Assembly: GCA_050084985.1 (NCBI GenBank)
Contig: JBITNC010000001.1
Coordinates: forward strand, 54,312,001 to 54,376,000
Source of the DNA: Nageia nagi
Lineage: Eukaryota > Plantae > Pinophyta
Reading direction: 5' to 3'
Length of the DNA stretch: 64,000 nucleotides
Below, piece after piece: positions 51,441 to 64,000 of the stretch (position 1 is its first letter; each line of letters starts with the position of its first letter). Under the pieces are notes generated by a model, which saw nothing but the letters and a program-made list of their open reading frames with translations, was not told the origin of the DNA and made no database searches. The translations under genes and the position numbers were made by a program.

Positions 51441-54400
51441 AGTTGGAAGCACTTTTGCAAAAGTTTAGTAGAGCATTCAGTAAAATAAGACCTGCTAAGT
51501 ATGAATAAATAATGTAAGAAGAAGGAAACACTTAGGTCCACTTAGTCAAGAGTGTATGACCCCTAAGACTCTGCCAACATGTCGACCATGATTCATTTCC
51601 ATAGCAATAGTAGTTTACCTTCAGGATTGAATGATATATCTATCTTCACCCTTATAATGATTGTAACCTAGAGCTATAGTTAAAACATTTAATGATTGTA
51701 GAAGGTTAGGTAGCTATCGACTACTAACAGGCATTAATTATACCAATTAAAATGATAGCCCATACCTCTTAAATCCAAAATAGTTCTAAAAGATCATAGT
51801 CAAAGATATATATGATAGATTACGATTGAGAAAGTACAAAGATTGAAAGTTTACAGATCTCAAAGTATTGGCACTAAATCAAGATAACTCTATGCATTTT
51901 ATAAATATTTAAAGATTATATTGATTGTATTCAAATGTTAGTTGTATTATTAATGGTGGACAACCACCTATTTTGTATATAGAAAATCTATAAATAGTGG
52001 ACTATTAGAGATTCAAAAGGTGAAACATTTTAGCAAGTTTACCTAGTGTGTGAAGTGTTTTCATATATGATTAATACAATACTATGATATTTTTACCTCT
52101 ACTATTTGTGATTGTTTATTATATTTTGTGAACATTATGTATTAAGCATTTTCTTAAGTTGTGGCTATGTATTGCAACTACAAGACCCCAAGGGTAAGAT
52201 AGTTGTTCTATTCTTAGTCTTGGTAATTGATTACTATCCATGTAGTAATGATTGGTATGAATAGTTTTAGTTTATTTTTAGTATTTTATATTTTAATATC
52301 TTTCTAGTCACTTTGTACCTCTTTTATTTCTTTTCAGTTACTTTTGACCTCTTCATAGATAGGAACTAACCTATAACTTGGAGATTGAGTAGAAAACCCC
52401 CCACGAGCACACTGTCCCACTATATTCTTTTTCAGAGAACCTACTATTGTAGGAAATAGAGAATTATACCAGATCAAACCTTAAGGTTACATTATATTGA
52501 TAAAAAAGGACTAGACTCTTTCTAGTGCTATTATCCCTTTCTTTCCTTCACTTTTGATCCTAACACGAAAGGCACTTCATGCCTAGTGGATCAAGCTACC
52601 TACCTATCAAAAAATTAGTATTAAACTATGGAGCATCAATCTTGTATTCTACATCTTTATATAAGAAGATGTATTCTCATGGGAGGTTTATCACTCTATT
52701 TATGGGTTGGTCATCCCAAGGTCTCAAAGGTTCATTTACTCAATCTAGGAAGGTGTCCTCTTATCAAGGAGAGGATATTGATTAAGGGATCTACTACTCT
52801 ATTAGTGGTTGTAAGTTTTTGGAGGAGGATTTTCATGTAAGAACTAACTTATAAAATCAAAGGTTAGACATCAACCATCCAATATTTTCTAGTATGATCC
52901 CAACATAGCACATCCTGCATCATTATTGGTCAATAAGTTTTGGCATGCCCTATGGGATGAGCCCAACACACTCAAAGGTATTATCTAGGCACTTAGCTAA
53001 AACATGTATGGTATGTATATTTCTCCTATAAATAAATTATAAAGTTAAGATAACTCCAAATTGAAAAATTTGGATCCTATCTCTTGTATGGTTCTTATTT
53101 TGAACTTGCACATGAAATTTTTTTTGTAACCAATCAGACTAGTTAATTATTATTTTGGCAACCCCCATTTATTTTCAAGGTGCAAATATTTTTGTCATGC
53201 AGGATTATATTCCTAATTCTTAGTTCATATGTATGCTATGATATTTTAGGTAAAACTTATTTATCTTAGTTTGTATAGGTAGCTCAAGGATTGATTGTGT
53301 AAATACAACATATATAAGATCAAATATTGATATCTAATGACTTGAGTAAAGATAAACCATGATGAGGGTATAATAAAATAATTAAGGCCTAGGGAAGTAT
53401 GTATGACATTTTCAAAATCCATCATCAAGGATTGAAATGATATATCTTCACCAAGGAGGGTTAAGGTAGGTCATTCTCGAGGAAAGAAAGCCAAAGGTAA
53501 ACCAAGCCCAAAAAATTTAAATAAGTGAAAACAATGAAAGTGTAGATACATTTGATCTAAGAGCTCTCAAAGTCCCTACAATGATAATTAATATTAGCAT
53601 AAAGGAAACATCCCATAGTTTCAAAATTTGGATCGTTCTAAGTATGATCCAGGCTAGATGAGATCTTTTACTATAAAGATGGAAGTTTTCTCAAAATAAA
53701 TCTGAATGTATAGTTCTTAGACTACCGATGAAGATAGAGAGAAAGTATAGATGTTCTCAAGGGCCAAATAAAAAATAAATATAATACAAATTATTTGATA
53801 CCTTTGTATATACAATCCAAATTTCCAAGGTCATCCTGCCTCATGGATATCATAAAAATTCCTTTCTTCCCTCAGAAAAGGACATGTGTAACCTAAATTA
53901 AGGAAATAATCAAAGAATGAGGATCCATTAATAATACCAATTGATGTGAAACCATTTCATGTAAAGGGTACATTTATCTTGTTGAAAAGATGTCTTGCAT
54001 CATTTTAGCTTAATACTTAGTCAAATCATCCAATTTTCCAAACCATGCTATGATAACTTGTAAATTGTGGTCACCTGATGAGACAAGTTTAAATTAGATC
54101 AATTTAAATACAAATGAAGGGTGTTGAAATATACTATTGATTATCATGCAATATGATGAAAATTAAATGAGAAGATAATGCACCTCCCAACTCTAGATAT
54201 GACTAAAATTGCAAGAGAAAAGTCATTAGGTTAGAGAGAGTAGAGATCTCCAAATCTTTAACCAATTTAGATTTTTTTACAAAGATAGATCAAATCCCTA
54301 ACAAACTCCTAATCAAGGATAAGGTTAAAATTTAAATACTACTTTGATACCCCACTTCTTCACAAGTATGGAGAGAAAGGAAAGACTCTCGAGAGATAAG

Positions 54401-56839
54401 CTATATTGAGAGATGTCTATAAAGTCATACCTTGGTGTGGTATTCATGTACATTAGTATTCTATGTTATTCTTATGCTATCTACTCTCCTAATATCCTTT
54501 TCTTGAATATTACCAATGTGGAAAGTCTACCACTATCATTCCAATTTGGTTATTCCAAATTAACATCCAAATATATTTGTTTTTTACTCATGTTCCCCCT
54601 CACAAACCACACACATCATTTCCCTATTATCCTTCACTTGACCTTCCTTAATCTGGAAGGTCAACCAATGCCACCATGGTTTGGGTTTTCCAAATTAGGG
54701 TCCATACCCATTCATTGTGTACTCCTATATTTTATCACACATTTTTCACCTCCTCCACTCCTCGGTTATCCTTCATAAAACCCTCATAAATTTGCTCAAC
54801 TAACTTCTTACCCCCCACACCTAGATAGGGAGAGTTAAATCTCCCAAATGGTAATCCCTCTTCTACCTATGAATCCTTGTTGTTTCTTCTACCTTATAAT
54901 GTGTTAGCCCAATGATGTGCTAAGGGATTCTCCCTCATACTACATATTTTCTCCTCTCCCCTCCATACCATGTTACATACCTCACTAAGGTATGGTTTTA
55001 ATGGTATCATGATATGTCTAAGGATATAGAGTACTTAGATTTGGATTGTGTATAAAAGTGAGTTGATCACCATAGGTAGTCTTTTAGAAAGTAAAGCATA
55101 AAGATTACTCAGCTTTTTATCCATGTACTCATACCAAAAAGAAATCCTTCCTTTCAAGGATAGTAAAGCCTAAAGGCTAAAATAGTAAATATTTCAAAAG
55201 GGGAGGGTCAAGGAGGAATTTTATTTAGCATTAATGCTTTCCTTTCACTTGTACAAACTCATTTCTCTGCTATTTGATTTTTCTTTATCCTTACAACATG
55301 GTCCAGCTTCATTGAAGTATTCAATGAGAGGGGAAATATACACAAAATCATGATATAGGCATTCAAGAGTAGGATGCCCATATCATCACAACCTTTAACT
55401 TTTCCTTGGAGCTACCCCAACTACCATCACTGGCCAAAACCTCCTCCAAGTTATAATATTCCCTTTAGATATTGAAGTATATCCCATAAGAATCCCTCTT
55501 TAACATGGAGGCTTATTTGATGCTTGGATTGGTCACTAATAATGATACAAGTTTAGAAAGGTGAAGAATCGAGTAAGGTGAGATAGATAATTTCAAAAGC
55601 CTTCAAGGCAAAGATGAAATTAGCCCAATAAAGAATTATAAAGGTAAAATAATTATAGGAATAATGATTAAATGATATCAATGATAAAATAATAAACTCT
55701 CAATAAGCAAGGGTAGTAAGGTCCTACTCGAAAATGACATTAATAGTGAAAGGGGTCATCAAAATGAACCAAGGTTAAAAATGCTAACCTATTGATATTG
55801 TGATGCACCCAAAATGGTTGATCCCTTCCAAGAGGACCAATTTTGTAACACCAATGCTAAAGGGGGAAGTTTACCCACTATGATGATGATGAGGCTAGTA
55901 TACTAAACCTACAATAAGACAAATGTTAATGGGGCCCTCAACACTCTAGTACCTTACGGATCTAGAGTGTGCTCAAATAGAGGTGTTAAACCTCCTTGAT
56001 GGAATAATGTATCCCCTTATCCTAAAATCAAATGGGTTATAGAAATAAAGGAATGCCTACAATGCAATGTGATATGCTCATGCTATGCTAAAATAATGAT
56101 AAGGTAATTAAACAAGCTAAAATACTATGAATCTAGCCTAGAAACATGCTACATGCTCACACAAATACATTGAAAAGCAATAAACAAGGTTACAAGTGCT
56201 TCATTTATCCATGATAGATTCATGTGCTCTCCAACACCTCCAAGAATGCTCAAAACATGTACATGAGTATTCTAGGGTATGATATGGCTTGTGGATGTGC
56301 TCTAGGATTTAGCTACATGAGATGGGTGTACAAGTAACGGTTAAGGCAGCATGATGGTTAGATTTCTTGAGTGGTATAATGATCAAGAGGGAGGCTAGGT
56401 GAGAAACAAATTTCAAAATTAACTTTATAGGTTGGATTTTGGACCAGTGTATTGGTTGACTAACCTGTAGGCTAGTTAGGTAGGTAGTGGATCGATCCTT
56501 AAGTAACTTATAAAGTCAATAAGGGATATAATGAGGAAATGATACAAAAGTGAAAAGACATAAAGTGAAAAGGGATAAATAAAAATTTGGAGGTGTTTAT
56601 AGATGCTTTATTTTGAGGTGAGTGTTGCAAAATATGAGACTCAACTCAAAAGCTAGTGAGGAAGATGATGATGATGATGAAAGGATGAAAAGATAAAATA
56701 TGAAAATACAAAATGATGAGATGATGATGATCAATGAATAATAAAGTTTTTATTATGATAAGGAAATGTGGAGATACATAAACCTATTGTGTGCTAAGGC
56801 TATCCTAGGATGCTCATGACTCAAGATGAGTCAAGGATA

Positions 56840-57940
56840 ACTTTGCCCCATGCTCAATGGAAGGCAAAGCCAAACCATGGTAAAAATAATCTTATTGTAA
56901 AATAATAAAATAATTATGGCCTTACCCTATGTTTAATAGAGATCAAGGTCATCTAAGTATAAATATTTCCCCATTATCAATGGAAATCAAGAGAAATGAT
57001 AATGATAGGATCTCACCCCATGCTCAATGGAAAGCACGAGAAGATGATAGGATCTTACTCCATGCTCAATGAAAGAAAGAAAAATTAATTATGATTAAAG
57101 TTATGTGTATACAACATTCTATGATATAATAACATGACACATTTGTATTAAGGGTGTCTAGCTATAACACCTCTCAATACCAAAAATTTCATACTATAAC
57201 CAGTCAATACCATAATAAATGAATAAAAGGTAAGAGAAAGGTACTTATGGGTACAACACCTCATAGTACAAACACTATCATGCTGTAACCAATCAGTAAA
57301 AAAGCAATAAGTAAAATATGATATGATACAAAAGGGTACCTAAGGCTATGATACATCATGTTGCCAACATTTTCATGCCACAACTAGCTAGTTGAAAAGC
57401 AACAAGTAAATGATACATACCAATAAAAGTAAATGATATCTACTTTGCCCTAGCTTTTAAAGGATTCTATAGTACATGATTTTGCTTTTCACCAACAATC
57501 AAAGGGTAAAAAAAAAGTAAAATGATCTCTGCTTTGGCCCAACATTCAAAGGGTGATATGATTATCCTTTTCCCTAGCAGTTGAAGAGTGATATGATTAT
57601 GCTTTGTCCCAATAGTCAAAGGGTGAAATGATCAAGTGTAGGTTGGAAAATGTATCAAGCATTCGACCATAGCACATAGGCATACAACACTTTAATAGAT
57701 AATATAAAGATACTCAAAAGATAACCCTTCTCCATGCTCAATGGAAAATAAAGCATATGATAAAATCTTGTCCCATGCTTAATCTAAAATAAGATTGCTA
57801 ATGATAAGATCTTGCCCCATGCTCATTGGAAGGCATGAGAAAGATGCTGACAAGGTCTATCCCTATGCATAATGGAAAGCAAGAATTTCTAATGCCAATA
57901 ATAAGGTCTTACCCCATGCTTAATGGAAAGCATGAGAAAT
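56840..57940. repeat. Tandem ~40-45 bp repeats in Z's 3' internal region
   Basis: CCCCATGCTCAATGGAA motif clusters at 56840-57080 and 57730-57940; a second motif (GCTTTGCCC...AAGGGTGATATG) at 57430-57630. Confidence 0.75.
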
Positions 57941-59654
57941 GATAGCCATGATCAAAAGTGATAAATATAAGGTCATGAAATACGACTTGCTACTAACATG
58001 ATAACATGCCAATGTGATATTGGTGAGAGAATGAAGGTATTGTAAATAAAATATCATAAAATAATTGATAAGATGCTGATCAAATAAGGATATAGAAAAT
58101 TCAAAGATATGATGTGACAAGCTCGAAGAGATGATTGAAAAAGATCAAAGATATTATATGATAATAAGTAATTTGCTTGATTAAGGATATGGTGCAAGAT
58201 AAAAGACAAAATACATGATGAGCAATAAAAGATAAAAGGCTAGAATCATGATTGCTAAATGATTAACTGATGATGATAGAGTGAGCAAAGATATTCATCA
58301 TTCTCTATGCCATTATCACATGATCCATAAGACTAAGTTTCCCTCAGAAACCATGATAGTCAACAATCTATGATCAATCTTGAAGGAATGATATATAAGG
58401 AAACATAATATATGATTATGACCCAAGTGGTTATTTTCTCATTGGGAATGAGGCCCATGGGAAGTGATAATGATATTGAGTCAAATGAACCTCAAAGATA
58501 TGTGCCTATGATGACATGATTGAGATGCTAAGATGAGAGGCATGCTTGATAAAAATGATGAAAGATAATGATGAGGGGATAATGGTGAACATGATGAAGA
58601 AAATAATAAGGGGAAGATACACAAGGACATAGGATGAGTAAAAAGAAAGAAAGAAAATAAAATGAAGATAAAGACATGATGACATGATAGTGTGATGAGG
58701 ATCCATGCCACACATAGGAAAAGATAGGGATAGTGCTATCAATAAGTGATGATAAAGATAGAATAGGATGGTGGTGGGAGATGAGTGACTGATGTCCTAC
58801 CTTGCAATCTCCACTAGTGGATGACCATAAAAGAGGAGTAGGCTCTAGTGTCGATTCCTAAGATGATGAGATCACATGATTGATGATATAATTCAAGTGA
58901 TGATGATATGATGACAAGATATGATAGCAATAAAGAAAAAATGATAAGATAAAGTCAAGGGTGAGGCTCATGTTCAATGGATCAACCCCAATATGTACCA
59001 TAAGAGGATGGAGGACCCACCTCATGGTAATCCTACTCATGTGGGACCATGCTATGATCATGACTAGGCAAAGGATTGTTGAAGATATCTAAATGCTAAT
59101 TAGGTGGTATGATTGGTGCTCCTATTGATACTCAAACATCATATATAAGATCTTGTATTTCATGCTTCAATTGCATGCACCCATTGGTGTCATTTCCACT
59201 TTGCCTATGAAACTCACAAAACTCATTTTCATTATAACAAGGCCTTGATGACACTCCTATATTCTCTTTGATTGGGGGAAAAGTTAAAAGATTTGCTTGC
59301 AATAACTTGGGTAGGATATCTGATAGTGAATTTCCAAAGGAGTGAAGTTTATTCTTGATGTTGGATGAAGAGGCTGCTCTTGATCATACATGGTTGATTG
59401 ATCCAAAGTTACTTAGTTGAATTTGTATGAGGGTTGAATTGATTGTTGCTCATGATACACTTAAAAGTTATCATTACACTTTTAATTATGATCTTGATTC
59501 TTCTTGTGTAATTTGATATCATTGATTATATATTGAACTCTTATATGAGCTTTTCTTGCAATAAGGAATGCTTGAAAGATTTATGTTGTTGGAATTGCAA
59601 GGTGGAATATATGCTCTTGTTATAACTCTTGCAAAAGATCCTAAAAAGCTCTTC

Positions 59655-60170
59655 TTATGGTAAGGAATACAAAAAATATATTATGATCACTCTCCATCTT
59701 ACCACATAATCATTGATAGACTCATCATCATATTGAGATATCCTTGTTAAGTCCATGATAGATGATATTTTCCTTATGTTGATGGAAAAATGATCCAAGA
59801 AGAGACTTGCTAATTGCTCAAAGGAATAGATGCTATGTTGGGGAAAATTGGTATACCAATCTAAAGTTTGGCCTACTAAAGTCATTGAAAATGTCCTAAT
59901 CATGAGGACATCATCATTGATTATGAGATAATAGGAATACTTAAATTTCCTCAAGTGCTCTCTTAGATCTTCTTTCCCTTTGAACTTGGCTATTTGAGGA
60001 ACCTCAAACTTATAGGGAAATTTATTGATTGGAACCATGGGGTTGATAGGTTCATTGCAAATTGATTGATAATGTAAGACACTTTTGATTTGATTGTTGA
60101 TCCTTGATTCCATGTCATGCAATCTCTTCAATATATCACCATGAATTGCTTGAGGTTGTTGATTTTCCAT
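59655..60170 (-). pseudogene. Retrotransposon gag fragment of element Z
   Basis: KFKGKEDLREHL...RTFSMTLVGQTLDWY...SFEQLASLFLDHF. Confidence 0.8.
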
Positions 60171-63100
60171 GCCTTACACTTGATAAGATGGTAGATGATG
60201 GTCTTGTTGCATGCTTTATCCCAAGGGTTGATTCAATGTTAGATTGGAAACAAATTGACCTTGTGGTTGAGCCATTTGGTTGATATATACTTGACCTTAA
60301 ATTGATGAATGATGCATATGGTGAAGAGAAGGAGAAAAAATCATACCATTATAAGGCTAATTAATGATGACTTGAGATACCATTGTTGAAAGTTTCCTTG
60401 GAGTTGATTTAGATCAAGGTCATGTTGGCTTGGCTGGAGGGAAGAATTGATTTGGCCAACATATGTAACTTGGGTTGGTTAATTTTGATTTGAATGTGAA
60501 ACTCTTAAGGGAGAGAGATCATGATGTGGCCCTAGACCATGAGAAATAAGATAGCTAGATTGCACAATGAGAGGTTTTGATGAACCAAGAGGCCTAACAC
60601 ATTGAGTGTGATGAGGATATGATGATCCAAGATGAGGGATGACATGTTTTCCACTTGATGAGAGAGGAGGGATACTTAATGGAAAATATATAGATAGGGC
60701 CAATGGAGAGACCACTTATTATAAAGGTTTAGATGCGATTACAGTTGTTGCAATAAGAGGTGAGGGGGCAAAAAAAGAAGGCTGAGGATCAAGATACAAA
60801 GGACCATGATGATGAAGGAAATTTTTAATACAAGAACAAAAGAGCATTATTGGATTGAAATGATACTAAAGGATAAATTATTCAAAGAGCAATGCCAAAG
60901 TTTCTTGAAAAATGAGGTTATCAACAAACCAATTCTTGAGGGAGAAAGGAAGATTTTGAAATAAAAGATGAGACTTGATTTCACCATCCAACTGGGGACC
61001 AATAGGTATAGTGGATTGATGTTATAAAGAACTATGAGATGGGGAATGATGAAAGGACTAGCTAGAATTATGAGAAGGGATATACATGCAAGAGATAGGG
61101 GTGATTGACCTATAAGGGAGGGGTTGATAAGGTGGCTATAAGTCTAAGTATTGCTCTTGATTTATGTTCACATTAGGGTCCTTGTTATATTTCTAAGGTT
61201 TAAATAACCTTAACAAGAAAATAACAAAATGAAAAAATAACATTGTTGCTAATCCAAATTTCCTAAAGGTGCCGAACAATGATAAGCAAATAAACACCAA
61301 GCCTAAAGATTTTTTTTCAATGCAATGCAAAACTAATGCACAAATACCCTATATAATAAGATAATGATGCCTATATGATTATAATGAGATAATGATTAAT
61401 ATAGAAAAGGTTATTTTTCTTGATCTAATTACTTCTTATTCAATTTGGCTATTATCTTAATTAGTGATGATTGATTTTATGGTATAATAACCTTGTAATT
61501 AATTTTCCTAAGGCTTGAACTAGTCAAGTATTTAAGGGTGAAGGATTAATATTTAGGAAAAATATAGGCTTTAATGTGACTAAAAAACAAGATTAATTGA
61601 CTAATGATATGCAACTAAATGGATGCAAACTACAAAATATACCCTTCACAAGATATGATAACACGCTCCCACCTAAGGATGAAATTTTCACTAATATAAG
61701 CAAAAATAAATAAGATAATCAATCCTAGGATGCAAATGACAAACAAGACCTATGTTAGAGCATGAAAAAAGAGGGATACAAGCCTAGGCGCTCCCATTCC
61801 AATCTCCCATCATGTACAATATCTGCTTACATGCTTTGATCCTTATCGGTATGCTATAGATCGATGACCAGTACCAATTGATGGTCTAATGACAATAGTA
61901 CCTAAAGATTTAAAAATAAATGGTATAACATGCTAAAACTAAAATAATATTATTACAACCCAAGCTCCAAAAATATTGGAAATGGACCACTTCCACCTAG
62001 TTATAGGGAAAAAAATACTAACATGATGAAAAAAATGAATTTAAGCCTAGCTAATAGAATGAGACCTTAAAATAAAGCTAGCTGACACCCTCAATTGTGA
62101 ATGATAAATAGACCAATTAGTTGAGGAAAAATTGACAATTAGGATCCAATAAGATAAAAATTAGCTAGTAAATTTGAACACATATGATCATTAAAGGGCT
62201 AATCGATGGGCTACAAAGTGGTTGATAGGCTAATCAATATATTAATGATCAACAAGTCTCTACAAGTTGGTATGCATGAAGTTGACTAATAAATGGATAG
62301 GAATGGGGATCCTTCATATTTTAAATCTAACTCACCTTAGCTAAAATATGATTCCCTAAAAGAATCAATAAGTTTTAGTGATGACAAATGACAAAAAGCA
62401 ACAAGATAAATGGTCAAAACAATAACACCCAATAAAGTAAAAGGGATTTAAAAAAATCCTCCAAGTTGAGTTCAATGGACCAAGCAAGGTCCCACCATGA
62501 TCACCATATTGTGATGCATGCAAATCAATTGATACCCTCCAAGATAAGGTTGCAACACCAATGCTAAAGGAGGGGTTTACTCACTATGATGATGAGGAGC
62601 CTAGTATGCTAGACATGCAAGAAGATAAATGGTAATGGGGGCCTCAACACTCTAGACCCTTAAGGTCCTAGAGTGTGCTCAAAGAGAAGTGTTAAACCTA
62701 ATTAATGGAATGGAGGCCACCTATCCCATTATAAAATAGTTAATAAAAAATAAATGAATGCCTACAATGTAATGTGATATGCTCATGCTATGCTAAAATA
62801 GTGATAAGATAATAAAACAAGCTAAATTACTATGAATCTAGCCTAAAAAACATGCTACATGCTCACATAAATACATAAAAATGCAATAAATAAGGATAAA
62901 AATACTCCATTGATCCATTATAGCTCCATGTTCTCTCTAACACCTATAAGAATGCTCAAAACTTATCTATAAGTATGCTAGGATGTGCTATGGCTTATGG
63001 ATGTAAACTAGGATTAAGATGGATAAGATGGGTGGATGGGTAATGACTAAGGCAAGATGATTATTGGATGGTTTGAGTGGTAGAATGATTAGGAGGGAGG

Positions 63101-64000
63101 CTATGTAGGAAATAGATTTAAAAATTGAATTTATAGGCTAGATGTAGAATTGATGTACTAATTTATTAATTGGTAGGATGGTTAGGCAGCTAGTGGGTTG
63201 GTCCTAAACTGACTTATAAATTCAATAAGGGATATAATGGGATGATGAGATGAAGGTGAAAAGATACAAAATAAAAGGGGAAAAAGGATAATTTTAAGGT
63301 GCTTATAGACATTAGTGATGAATTGATCAAATTTGGTTCACCTTATTAAGTGATGTCAATAGAAAAACATTGAATATTAGATAAAATAAAGTGGTCATTC
63401 GATGAGAGAAGTGCATGAAGGTTTCAAGCCCAGGGTTAACATCAAAAGGAGAACAATAATGCTAAAATATCAAGATTAATAAATATTGAGAATATTATAT
63501 CATCCATTTTATCTCTTACTATCAACATTGACATACCAAGAAAGAGAAGGATGAATGAGGATCCGACCAATTAATAAAATGCATTGGCAATACCCAAAGC
63601 ATGAACAACTTCCCCAGGAGATCCCTAGTAATAATATTGATACCTAAAACATGTAGTAATGGAATTTTAGAAATATAAAGCTAATTTCAATATAATTATG
63701 ACATCAACTAACAAATAATTAAAGTGACATCTTATAAAGCATGTCAATTGCATGATAAAGCCCTAAAACTACATAAGGATCAAAGTACAATCTAGGTATT
63801 GTGCATGTAGCATGAGACTAAATCATTATGAGTAGTAGAGGAGAGCATGAAAAGGTCCTTGAGTTGATGATACTTCCACAACAATCTTGGTATAGATATG
63901 TGTATACATAAAAGGGCCATGGCATCACTTAACATAGTTCACTTTAAATTGGGAGGTTATACATGAAGAGATTAGCCTGATCTAGCCGAGCCATGGATAA

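Larger units (their letters stand above)
40634..52506 (+). mobile_element. Tat-like Ty3/gypsy element X (defective) nested in Y's 5' LTR; LTRs 40634-42442 and 50884-52506
   Basis: Direct repeats; TSD AGAAC/AGGAC; PBS-like TGGCATGCCTAATGGGA at 42460; gag (EWFRILTPQSLNTWGELCQAIIKRF), protease remnant ~44540-44900, RNase H (WMMYFDGAKC, NNATKHEAL, GDFELVI). Confidence 0.82.
55799..63307 (-). mobile_element. Ty3/gypsy element Z (gag only) nested in Y's 3' LTR; LTRs 55799-56601 and 62510-63307
   Basis: ~800-bp direct repeats; TSD GATAT/GACAT; PBS-like TGGTGATCATGGTGGGACC on minus at 62488-62506; gag ORF 59655-60170. Confidence 0.85.
38989..64000 (+). mobile_element. Outer LTR element Y (non-coding, LARD-like): 5' LTR 38989-40633 + 52512-52935; internal 52936-55336; 3' LTR 55337-55798 + 63313->64000
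   Basis: 39000-40090 is repeated at 55345-55798 + ~63350-64000; PBS-like TGGCATGCCCTATGGGA at 52941; PPT GAGAGGGGAAA just before 55337. Confidence 0.78.

Noticed and set aside
58481-59061. Hydrophobic/His-Ser-rich ORFs in three frames
   Set aside because: Low-complexity (GAT)n antisense artefact.

Overview
Eukaryotic plant genomic DNA, probably from a large gymnosperm-type genome (inferred from intron size and TE types). Positions 1-32 kb hold 14 coding exons (2849-32050, + strand) of a cytosolic H-type alpha-glucan phosphorylase (PHS2/PHO2); the first exon lies upstream of the window. The 5' introns (up to 12.6 kb) are inflated by LINEs (RTE-like and L1), hAT elements/MITEs and a small non-autonomous LTR element. 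The otherwise highly conserved CDS has two apparent 1-nt deletions in the same CTGGGA context, most likely assembly errors. Positions 33-64 kb are a degenerate TE landscape that I could resolve into nested layers: a ~134-bp tandem array, a G-rich MITE, an outer non-coding LTR element (Y), a Tat-like gypsy element (X) in Y's 5' LTR, a truncated copia element inside X, and a gag-only gypsy element (Z) in Y's 3' LTR. I found no convincing novel protein-coding system. The most interesting items are the paired frameshifts, the LTR pair with swapped cores, and the nested all-non-autonomous architecture.
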